Source: Desulfobacteraceae bacterium (GTDB taxonomy: Bacteria > Desulfobacterota > Desulfobacteria > Desulfobacterales > UBA5852). From it: 64,000 bases of DNA. Within the stretch, counting starts at the first letter, position 1; each line of letters opens with the position of its first letter. The notes under the pieces are model-generated. The model did not search any database. It was given only the letters and a program-made list of their open reading frames with translations, and was not told the DNA's origin. The translations under genes and the position numbers were made by a program. Below are positions 21,411 through 29,597 of the stretch, one piece after another. The stretch lies in the NCBI GenBank assembly GCA_014237395.1, contig JABZFP010000019.1, forward strand, positions 64,756 to 128,755, given 5' to 3'.

Positions 21411-22112
21411 ATGCGCCAAGCGCGATTTGCATCAGTATGGCGGCGCGGCCTGAGCGCGGCCTGGCCGATTTGCCTGGGGTATCTGCCTATCGGTATGGCC
21501 TTGGGCGTTCTGGGTCAAAAAGCCGGTTTGCATCCTCTGGCCATCGGCTTTATGTCGCTGATCGTATTCGCCGGGAGTTCCCAGTTTATTGCCGTGTCCA
21601 TGATAAGCAGTGGTATACCGGCACTGACCATTGTGTTGACCACGCTCGTCGTCAACCTTCGCCACCTTCTGATGAGTTCCGCTTTGGCCATACCCTTTCG
21701 CGGACGGTCACGCAGACTGCTGACGCTGTTCGCTTATGGCGTGACCGATGAAAGTTTTGCCGTCAACTATCCTAGATTGCTCGACGGCAACTGGCAGATT
21801 GAGCATGCCCTGGTGGTCAATCACGCGGCTAATCTTACCTGGATTGCCAGCACCATCATTGGCGGTTATGGCGGGCAATATATCCCTGAGGGCGCATTCG
21901 GTATCGATTATGCCCTGATCGCCATGTTCATCTGCCTGCTCATTTTTCAGTTGCGTGGAAGGGTCTATCTGTTCACAGCCCTTGTGGCCGGTGTTCTGGC
22001 CGTCGGGCTCTCTCTTGTACTGCCCGGCAATTGGCACATTATTGCGGGATCCATGATAGCGGCAACCATCGGAACGATCATCAAACGACGCCACATGCGG
22101 TCCCCGCTATGA
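21411..22112 (+). CDS. azlC: AzlC family branched-chain amino-acid exporter subunit
   Basis: WPICLGYLPIGMALGVLGQKAGL...FAGSSQF motifs. ATGA-coupled to the azlD-like gene. An alternative TTG start exists at 21390. Confidence 0.85.
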   Translation: MRQARFASVWRRGLSAAWPICLGYLPIGMALGVLGQKAGLHPLAIGFMSLIVFAGSSQFIAVSMISSGIPALTIVLTTLVVNLRHLLMSSALAIPFRGRSRRLLTLFAYGVTDESFAVNYPRLLDGNWQIEHALVVNHAANLTWIASTIIGGYGGQYIPEGAFGIDYALIAMFICLLIFQLRGRVYLFTALVAGVLAVGLSLVLPGNWHIIAGSMIAATIGTIIKRRHMRSPL

Positions 22113-22444
22113 TGCCTTTCTGGCCGGAATATGCTTTTATGATCGTTGGCATGGGGATTGTCACCTATTTGCCCCGTTGGCTGCCACTCATTTTACTAAG
22201 CCGACGGCAATTGCCGGAGTGGCTGGTGGACTGGCTCGATTTTATTCCGGTGGCGATTTTAAGCGCGCTGCTGGCCCCATTGCTGTTGACATCGGGGCCG
22301 GTGCCCCATCTGGACATTGGGCGTGCGGAACTTTTTGCGGCATTGCCAACGTTTGGGGTTGCCTTCTTGACCCGCTCGCTAGGGGGCACCGTGTTGGCGG
22401 GCATGCTGGCTTTCTGGCTCATTCAGATTTATTGGCTGGGTTAA
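22109..22444 (+). CDS. azlD: AzlD family protein
   Basis: 111-aa hydrophobic protein MMPFWPEYAFMIVGMGIVTYLPRWLPLILLSRR. ATGA overlap with the azlC stop. Confidence 0.85.
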   Translation: MMPFWPEYAFMIVGMGIVTYLPRWLPLILLSRRQLPEWLVDWLDFIPVAILSALLAPLLLTSGPVPHLDIGRAELFAALPTFGVAFLTRSLGGTVLAGMLAFWLIQIYWLG

Positions 22445-22611
22445 GCAGGGCCTGTCCATATACGGTCAATTTTCTCGGCAACGGCGTTGCGAGAAAAATT
22501 GAAACCCTTTATTGTCAACGATATGTCTGCTGTTTAATTATTCGCCCGCCCTTATCTCAGCCAGATGCCCATATCCGCCGCGCCGTCATAACTCGATATC
22601 GACCTTGTTTT

Positions 22612-22962
22612 TTAAAGTTCAGGCGCGCCTGCCGGAATCAGACACACGAATACCAGTTTTTGAGAACCGCGATTGCGAATCTGGTGCACTTCATTGCCGG
22701 GAATAAATGCCACGGACCCCGCGCTAACGGCGTTCCATTGACCGTTCTGATACACCTCGCCATCACCGGCATGGAAAAAAATCTCATGTTCCCATTCATG
22801 CTGATGCTGCGGTGTATGACCTTCGGGTAAAAGTTCGAATACACGCATGCAGAAATTATCGGCACCGTCGGCCTTGCCTATGGCGACGCGACCTGTCACA
22901 CCTTGAACGGTGTTTCCGTTAAACACTTGCGGGGCCGCATCCGAGTAGTGCATTATTTTCAT
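22612..22962 (-). CDS. Cupin domain protein
   Basis: Trimmed to MKIMHYSD (ATG 22962). Cupin motifs GHTPQHQHEWEHEIFFHAGDG and VAFIPGNEVHQIRN. Confidence 0.8.
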   Translation of the reverse strand: MKIMHYSDAAPQVFNGNTVQGVTGRVAIGKADGADNFCMRVFELLPEGHTPQHQHEWEHEIFFHAGDGEVYQNGQWNAVSAGSVAFIPGNEVHQIRNRGSQKLVFVCLIPAGAPEL

Positions 22963-23368
22963 CGTCGAATCCTTGCTGAAGTTCTGCCCAATGTCGGGCA
23001 ATGATATGTCATCGTGCCTTGTCGTCTTGCATCGTCGAGGTGATGCCGTTTCCCCTATCGAATGATGGATTGGTGGTATTGATGGGGGCCTTTTGACCTG
23101 CCTTTCCGGTTCACCATCTGCCATGTGAATTTAATGCATCGTCGCATAATAGCAATGAAAAATGGTGCGACGCACTGAAAATATGCTCAAGTCTCAAGCA
23201 ATTGTGCCCGAAATAGAGCTTTGCCATTTCGCTATCTCCAATGGTCGGTCCGAGGGCGATGGTCAACGAATGTTGAATTTTGAACCATCGACGTCGCTTG
23301 ACTAAGCCGCGAATTTGGGATGAAATAAAGTGCCACATTGCGTTGAAAAGGTTTTTAAGGAGTCCGAA

Positions 23369-25276
23369 ATGGATATCAATGTTTGCTGCTCCCAAAAAGT
23401 GGTCTCGGCCGAGGCGGCCATTGCACGGATCAAGCGGGGTAGCCGTGTTTTTATTGGTACCGGATGCGGTGAGCCCCAGCATCTGATCCGGGCCATGGTT
23501 AAAAATGAACAGCTGCAGGATATCATGCTTTACCAGATGATGTCTTCCACCTTTGCGGATTACGTGGATGATCCGGCCTTTGTGAATCGATTCAATCTCA
23601 AGCTGTTTTTCATCAGCAAGGCCATGCGAAAAGCGGCTTTTGAGGGAAAAATAGACTACATTCCGGCCTACCTGTCGAAAATTCCACGACTATTTTCCAG
23701 TCATCGCATTGGTTTGGATGTGGCCTTGGTGCAGGTCAGTCCACCGGATCACTTTGGGTATTGCAGCTTAGGGGTATCGGTCGATATCACGCGCTCGGCC
23801 ATGGAACATGCCCAACTGGTCATTGCCCAGGTCAATTCTTCAATGCCCCGAACGTGGGGTGACAGTTTTGTGCATGTGGACGAAATCGATTACTTGGTTC
23901 CGCAAGATGAAGCCCTTGTCGAAACCATGACCTATCTCGAAGACAATCAAATCTCAATGCGAATCGGGCATTTCGTTGCGCAACTGGTGGAGGACGGGGC
24001 GACGTTGCAAATTGGTTTCGGGTATTTGCCCAATGCCATATTGCGCTACCTGGACCAGAAACACGATCTTGGCATTCATACCCAGCTTATCACGGATGGT
24101 TTGTTGCCGTTGTTTGAAAAGGGCGTCATCACCAACAAAAAGAAAACCCTGCTTCCCGGTCGGGTCGTCGCATCCTTGTGTATGGGGACCGAAAGGCTAT
24201 ATCGTTTCGTCGACAATAATCCGGCTTTCTATTTCCGATCATCAGAATTTGTAAACGATCCTACCGTCATCGCCCGTAACGACAATCTTATTTCAATCAG
24301 TAGCGCCCTCGAAGTTGATCTGACGGGGCAGGTTTGCTCGGATTCAATGGGACAGTTGTTTTACAGCGGCATCGGGGACCAGGTAGATTTTCTGCGGGGG
24401 AGTGCCATGTCGAAGGGCGGGTTTTCGATTATTGCCATGCCATCAACCGCGTGTAACGGGAATGTTTCCCGGATCGTTCCTTATCTCAGCGAGGGCGCAG
24501 GGGTGGCGACCACGCGCGCGGATGTGAATTTTGTGGTGACGGAATACGGGATTGCCGAACTGCAGGGAAAGAGCATATTTCAACGCGTGATGGAGTTGAC
24601 GCAGATCGCTCACCCGAAATTTCGGGACCAGCTAATCCAGACCGCAAAAAACCGACATTACATTTTTTCGGATCAACTGCCGCCGGCACAAGAAGATCTC
24701 CTGTTTCTCGAAGGATATAAAACAACATTGGAGCTTAAAAGCGGTAAAACACTGCATTTTAGACCGTTGTTGCCGTCGGATGAATTCGCCTATCGAAATT
24801 TTTTTTACTCGCTCCAAGAGGATACCATTTATTATCGGTTTTTCTATCAGATGAAGTTGTTTTCACACGAGGTTATCCAGAAACAATGGGCCAGCGTCGA
24901 CTATCGCAAAAACATGTCCATGATCGGGCTGGTTCAGAAAGCAGGACATCAGGAAATTGTCGCCATCGGGACGTACGCCCAAGAAGACGATACCAACGCC
25001 GAAGTGGCGTTCGTGGTCCGTGAGGATTTTCAGGGAATGGGAATTGCATCCTATCTTCTTGAAATCCTGGAAGGAATTGCCAGGGAGAATGATTATCGGC
25101 GATTTACGGCCACTGTATTGAAAGACAATCAAGCCATGTTGAATGTTTTTCGTAAACATTACCCAAATGCGCATATGACCATTACCGGCGGGAGCGAAGT
25201 GTCCGTTGTAATGGAATTCGATCCTGATAGGCCCCATGCGACCAACATGTCCACCGAGCCCCCTGCCAGGGAATAA
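23369..25276 (+). CDS. Acetyl-CoA hydrolase/transferase family protein fused to a C-terminal GNAT acetyltransferase domain
   Basis: AAGGAG RBS. The N-terminus (SAEAAIARIKRGSRVFIGTGCGEPQHL) and the middle block (GIGDQVDFLRGS) are typical of acetyl-CoA hydrolase/CoA-transferases. The C-terminal about 170 aa carry the GNAT motif VVREDFQGMGIASYLLE. Confidence 0.85.
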   Translation: MDINVCCSQKVVSAEAAIARIKRGSRVFIGTGCGEPQHLIRAMVKNEQLQDIMLYQMMSSTFADYVDDPAFVNRFNLKLFFISKAMRKAAFEGKIDYIPAYLSKIPRLFSSHRIGLDVALVQVSPPDHFGYCSLGVSVDITRSAMEHAQLVIAQVNSSMPRTWGDSFVHVDEIDYLVPQDEALVETMTYLEDNQISMRIGHFVAQLVEDGATLQIGFGYLPNAILRYLDQKHDLGIHTQLITDGLLPLFEKGVITNKKKTLLPGRVVASLCMGTERLYRFVDNNPAFYFRSSEFVNDPTVIARNDNLISISSALEVDLTGQVCSDSMGQLFYSGIGDQVDFLRGSAMSKGGFSIIAMPSTACNGNVSRIVPYLSEGAGVATTRADVNFVVTEYGIAELQGKSIFQRVMELTQIAHPKFRDQLIQTAKNRHYIFSDQLPPAQEDLLFLEGYKTTLELKSGKTLHFRPLLPSDEFAYRNFFYSLQEDTIYYRFFYQMKLFSHEVIQKQWASVDYRKNMSMIGLVQKAGHQEIVAIGTYAQEDDTNAEVAFVVREDFQGMGIASYLLEILEGIARENDYRRFTATVLKDNQAMLNVFRKHYPNAHMTITGGSEVSVVMEFDPDRPHATNMSTEPPARE

Positions 25277-25644
25277 AGAATGGACCGATTGGTATGAAGC
25301 AGATTGCCCCTGTGTTTTCAGGGATATCCAGCAGAGGGTTTTGAGTTTTTCCTTGATAAAACAGTATTTTTTCTGCTATTTATGAAAAGTTATCATTCAT
25401 CGGGGCGTTTGTGGCGGCATAAAAATCGGGCAACGATGCGCTTGCGACATTACCGTATAAACCCTCAGTGGCGGCATTCACCTAAACGGGCTTGGGGCTG
25501 GGATGACCCATGGGGTGATGGAATTTACGATGATAAGCTTCCATCAGCTTAATATGATTATAAAATATTGCCGATAGACGATCATTTGACATGATGTAAA
25601 GACGGTATGCGCTCGACCTAAATATATTCAGGGAGGTATTTCAA

Positions 25645-26049
25645 TTGTCTTATACGCTTGGCCAGAAACAGCTTGATAGTATTGATGAAATTCTTCAGAC
25701 CGATCTGGTCGACATTGGCGTCCATTGCGTTTTCCTCATCGATATGTCGGGCAATATCATTGCCAGTCTTGATGATGGAGAGAATAAACACGATATTTAT
25801 TCCCTGGCGGCACTGGCAGCCGGTAATTTCGGGGCGGTAAGCGCAATGGCCAAAATCGTGGGGGAAGGTGAGTTTTCCCTGCTGTTTCATAAAGGGAAAA
25901 AAGAGAATATTCATTTCAGCAAGGTTCTCACGGAATTTTTGCTGATCACGCTTTTTGGCAACGATCTTTCATTGGGCTTCCTTCGATTGAAAGTTGCTGA
26001 ATCCGTAGAAAAAATCAAAAAAATATTGGAACCTATCCACACCCCATAA
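25645..26049 (+). CDS. mglB: MglB (Roadblock/LC7 family GTPase-activating protein)
   Basis: TTG start with a GGGAGG RBS. CVFLIDMSGNIIASL...SLAALAAGNFGAVSAMAKIVGEGEF..LLFHKGKKENIHF...LSLGFLRLKV aligns block for block with Myxococcus MglB as I remember it (VVFLVDKNGQLISS...SLASLTAGNVAAMGGLAKLIGENEF..QFHEG...TSLGLVRLRI). Confidence 0.9.
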   Translation: MSYTLGQKQLDSIDEILQTDLVDIGVHCVFLIDMSGNIIASLDDGENKHDIYSLAALAAGNFGAVSAMAKIVGEGEFSLLFHKGKKENIHFSKVLTEFLLITLFGNDLSLGFLRLKVAESVEKIKKILEPIHTP

Positions 26050-26109
26050 TCGCCAGCTGGCCACGGGTGTTTTAATGATCATCGACTGAAGACGATAGGT
26101 GATATTTCA

Positions 26110-26715
26110 ATGGCATTTGTAAATTTGAAAAAGAAGGAAGTCCAAGTAAAAATCGTCTACTATGGACCGGGCCGTGGCGGTAAGACCACCAACCTCGAAT
26201 ATATCTACAACAAGTTCAACGAGCGCATTCAAACTGAGATGGTCACCGTTAAAACGCACGGGGATCGGACGTTGTTTTTTGACTTTCTCCCCATCGATAT
26301 CGGGAAAATCAATGGATATACAGCCAAGATGCAATTGTACACCGTACCTGGACAGGTAAAATACAATGCAACGCGCCGTCTCGTTCTGAGAGGTGCGGAT
26401 GGCATTGTATTTGTGGCGGACTCGATGGCGGTCCGAAGAGAAAAAAATATCCTTTCATTAAAAAATTTACATGAAAATCTTAAGAACTATAAAAAAAGCA
26501 TCTTTGCCATCCCGCTGGTATTTCAATACAACAAAGTCGATCTCACGGAGCAGGGAATTCCCCTGCTACCCTTTGCAACGATGGAGAAGGACCTCAACAG
26601 CCAACTGAAACGTCCGGCCTTTGAGGCCAGTGCCGTGACCGGTACAAACGTGGTTTCGACCCTCAAAAAAATTATCACCATGACCATGGCCTCTATCAAG
26701 GATGAATTAAAATAG
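26110..26715 (+). CDS. mglA: MglA family Ras-like small GTPase
   Basis: KIVYYGPGRGGKTTNLEYIY (P-loop, nt 26164-26187), switch I DRTLFFDFLP, MglA-specific switch II LYTVPGQV, GADGIVFVADS, G4 QYNKVDL. Near-colinear with M. xanthus MglA from memory. Immediately downstream of mglB, as in Myxococcus. Confidence 0.93.
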   Translation: MAFVNLKKKEVQVKIVYYGPGRGGKTTNLEYIYNKFNERIQTEMVTVKTHGDRTLFFDFLPIDIGKINGYTAKMQLYTVPGQVKYNATRRLVLRGADGIVFVADSMAVRREKNILSLKNLHENLKNYKKSIFAIPLVFQYNKVDLTEQGIPLLPFATMEKDLNSQLKRPAFEASAVTGTNVVSTLKKIITMTMASIKDELK

Positions 26716-26718
26716 GAG

Positions 26719-27423
26719 ATGTCTGTGAACAACGACGCCAAAAAAAGCAAAGTTGACAGCGATCTGGAAAACCGACTCGACACGCTTTTTGATGATGACG
26801 ATCAGGCGGAAAAACCCCTTGTTAGTCATGGTCCCTCAGAAGATCCATTGGATGAATTAAAGTCATTGGTGATGTCCATCGAGTGGGAAATTACGGACGA
26901 CGTGATGGCGCGTTTTATCTCTCAGATCGATTTACTCAAAACACGCTTTGAGGAAGATCGAATTTTAGTCATGTTTCTTCAATTGCTGGGCTCTTTGGGA
27001 CTTTACGTAAAAACAAATAAAGGCAAAGCACATCCTATCTCGTTCAAGCTCCTTAACTCCGTCTATAATAGCTTTGAAACTGCCGTGTCACCGGGGAAAA
27101 TTTCACCTTCCGAAAAGAAAAAATTGTTGTATGTCGAGTTGAACAAATACAAAGAGTTAAAAGAGCAAATTGATGCTACCCGTGGTGGCGAAACCGAACC
27201 ACCGCATGGTCCTGCCGCGCCAGTTGGGTTGGCAACCGGCCAGGAAAAAAAGGATCGTGCCTCACGCGAAGCTGCTGCAACGGGCAATCCTTCATCGGCC
27301 AGCGCTATCGTGACCCAGAAACATTTCGATGAGGTCATGGACGCCTTTAAGTCTCTGCTCAGGAAGGAACTCAATAGCATCCGTGAAGACATAGCGCGTC
27401 TGGCAAAAAAAAATAGGACATGA
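26719..27423 (+). CDS. Hypothetical protein (acidic N-terminus, helical core, coiled C-terminus)
   Basis: 234-aa ORF starting 3 nt after mglA. No family recognised. The start could instead be GTG 26725, which has better spacing to the AGGAG at 26714-26718. Confidence 0.7.
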   Translation: MSVNNDAKKSKVDSDLENRLDTLFDDDDQAEKPLVSHGPSEDPLDELKSLVMSIEWEITDDVMARFISQIDLLKTRFEEDRILVMFLQLLGSLGLYVKTNKGKAHPISFKLLNSVYNSFETAVSPGKISPSEKKKLLYVELNKYKELKEQIDATRGGETEPPHGPAAPVGLATGQEKKDRASREAAATGNPSSASAIVTQKHFDEVMDAFKSLLRKELNSIREDIARLAKKNRT

Positions 27424-27524
27424 ATGTTCCGAGCGGTTTAGGGAGAGCCCGTGGTAAGCGGGTGCTTGCGCCATTGGCCGACGATCGCATACGAATTCGG
27501 TAAAAAATTTGGGGGAGGTAAGCG

Positions 27525-27995
27525 ATGGATTTGTCGTCCGGTGATATTTCGGAACTCGTCTTCAAACCCGTTGTACGTGACGATCTGGGTAACTTTTCTC
27601 TTGACGGCCATATGTTAAGCGTTCTCATGGCATTGGATGGGAAAAGCACGATCGGGAAGGTTGCCCAACAATCGGGTCTGAACATGGCGACCATGCGGGA
27701 TGCCACAAAAAAACTGGTTGAATTGAAGCTAATCGAAAGAATTGAAGGTTCCGGAAGTGTCCTGGACCATGATTTTATATCATTTCTGATTTCTGAATTA
27801 TCACTTGCCATCGGTCCTTTAGGCGAGGTGATTGTAGAGGATGGCGTTGAAGACCTCGGTTTCACAAAAGCCAATTTTCCCACGCATCGTGCTGCGGAAC
27901 TGGTCAATTTACTTGCGCAAGAAATTCAGAGAGATGAAAAGCGCACTGAATTTAAGCAGCGCATGGTGAAGAAAATACGAGAGAAAAGATACTGA
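27525..27995 (+). CDS. Hypothetical protein with N-terminal winged-helix-like segment
   Basis: GGAGG RBS. LSVLMALDGKSTIGKVAQQSGLNMATMRDATKKLVELKLIERIEG looks like a wHTH (MarR-like or DUF742/CvnC-like). The C-terminal half is unassigned. Confidence 0.7.
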   Translation: MDLSSGDISELVFKPVVRDDLGNFSLDGHMLSVLMALDGKSTIGKVAQQSGLNMATMRDATKKLVELKLIERIEGSGSVLDHDFISFLISELSLAIGPLGEVIVEDGVEDLGFTKANFPTHRAAELVNLLAQEIQRDEKRTEFKQRMVKKIREKRY

Positions 27996-28134
27996 GTCGA
28001 TCAACGAGGAAACGCAAAGCATTAGGCTGATTTTATCCGTTCGACCATGTTTCTGAGATGAATGGTTTGAGCGTAATTACCGGCTATTGAGATATGCTAG
28101 CAAACTGGCGATATCGCAGACAAGGAGTGCGGCT

Positions 28135-29490
28135 ATGATCGTTATTTGTGAAGAATGTGGCAAAAAATACAAAATCGACCCCGGGAAAATCAAGGGGGAA
28201 CAAGCCCGCTTTAAATGCAAAGCCTGTTCTCACATCATCACCGTGAATAAGGTTGAAAACAGGCGCGAACCGGAACCGACTGTGGAACCCGAGACCATGG
28301 ATTCTGCTGTTGCTGATTCCACCGAGGTGCCGGAAGAAACCATCGATAAATCCGAGCCGCCTTCCCAGGTCGTTGAACCATCAGCCCCTCCTGTGGCCGA
28401 CCGCATTGATCGTCGTAAAAAGAAAGCGGGCATGGGGCTGACCACCAAGGTGATTCTTCTTATGCTGCTTGTTAGTCTGCTGCCGGGAACGATTTATTTT
28501 ATTCTTTCGTTTAAGCAGGCCAATGACCGTATCGTCAGTGATACAACTCAGATGGGCATGCAAACCGCCGGGGTGCTCGCCGATGAAGTCGATGAGTGGC
28601 TTGATAAAAACATCCGTGTCCTTAACACCGTGGCGCAAATGCCGGGTATTCAATCAATGAATCGTTTTGAACAGGAAATTCTTTTGCAAACGGTTCAGAA
28701 AGAATATCCTTGGATGTATCTTGTTTTTACGACGGATATCAATGGGATGAATGTGGCCCGAAATGATGGGAAAGAATTAAAAGATTACTCGGATCGCCAA
28801 TACGTCCAGGATATTACTTCAGGAAAAGACCTCACCTGGCAAAATTTGATTGGTAAAACATCGAAACAACCCGCGTTGGTTATTGCGGTGCCTATCCGGA
28901 AAAACAATCAGACCATCGGGGTGATGGCCGCGGCCATGACACGTGATGCGATCAGCCAGCGAATTGCAAATTGGCGCCAGGGAAAAACAGGATACGCATT
29001 TCTGGTCGATCAATACGGGAAGGTTGTGTCCCATCAATTGAAAGAGTTCGTTGAGGAACAAAAGGATCTAAGCAATCATCCGCTGGTCAAGGCCGCTAAT
29101 GCCAATAAGAATAGCATGATTGAATTTAAAAATGACAATGGGCGTGATGAGATCGGTTTCTCCAAAACAACCCAACTGGGATGGGCGCTTGCGATCCAAC
29201 AGGAAAAAAATGAAGCATTTGCCATTCTCAAAGAATCGCAAATGTTCGCTTTCGCTTTGATGGGCGCAACTTTTATCGTTGTCCTTATCATTGCCTATAT
29301 CGCAAGCCGCGCAATTGTTACACCAATACGCAAATTGACGGATGCGGCCAACCGCATCAGCGTCGGCGAACTCGGTGTTGAAATTGAAAACAAGTCCAAG
29401 GATGAAATCGGCGACCTCGCAGAGGCCATTACGAGAATGCAAGACAGCATAAGGTTGTCCATTGAAAGGCTTAGACGTCGGCGAAGATAG
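28135..29490 (+). CDS. Membrane sensor: MJ0042-type zinc ribbon + TM + Cache-like periplasmic domain + TM + HAMP, no output domain
   Basis: AAGGAG RBS with ATG 28135. Domains in order:
- Zn ribbon MIVICEECGKKYKIDPGKIKGEQARFKCKACSHIITV.
- P/E-rich linker.
- TM1 VILLMLLVSLLPGTIYFIL.
- About 230-aa extracytoplasmic region with a Cache-like pattern (YLVFTTDINGMNVARND...YSDRQYV...IAVPI...GYAFLVDQYGKVVSH).
- TM2 FAFALMGATFIVVLIIAYIA.
- HAMP IVTPIRKLTDAANRISVGELGVEIENKSKDEIGDLAEAITRMQDSI.
The stop follows 12 aa after HAMP. Confidence 0.85.
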   Translation: MIVICEECGKKYKIDPGKIKGEQARFKCKACSHIITVNKVENRREPEPTVEPETMDSAVADSTEVPEETIDKSEPPSQVVEPSAPPVADRIDRRKKKAGMGLTTKVILLMLLVSLLPGTIYFILSFKQANDRIVSDTTQMGMQTAGVLADEVDEWLDKNIRVLNTVAQMPGIQSMNRFEQEILLQTVQKEYPWMYLVFTTDINGMNVARNDGKELKDYSDRQYVQDITSGKDLTWQNLIGKTSKQPALVIAVPIRKNNQTIGVMAAAMTRDAISQRIANWRQGKTGYAFLVDQYGKVVSHQLKEFVEEQKDLSNHPLVKAANANKNSMIEFKNDNGRDEIGFSKTTQLGWALAIQQEKNEAFAILKESQMFAFALMGATFIVVLIIAYIASRAIVTPIRKLTDAANRISVGELGVEIENKSKDEIGDLAEAITRMQDSIRLSIERLRRRRR

Positions 29491-29597
29491 GACCGGCACC
29501 CTTCCGGAATTTTGGGCTTTCGGGCAGCCGTTGGGAAATATGCCGCCAACCTTTTTGATTACCGAAACTGTCATTTTGATGACTAGGAACGATTTGA

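Noticed and set aside
22468-22500. Reading the azlD/cupin palindrome as a bidirectional intrinsic terminator.
   Set aside because: The U-tract would have to follow the stem, but here the T-run precedes and the A-run follows the G+C core on both strands. I report it only as a palindrome of unknown function.
25304-25552. An 82-aa ORF in the AT-rich spacer upstream of mglB, and a 78-aa ORF at 30620-30856 upstream of the PAS gene.
   Set aside because: There is no RBS, the composition is odd (Trp/Arg/His-rich), and each lies in a probable promoter or leader region. I treat both as non-coding.
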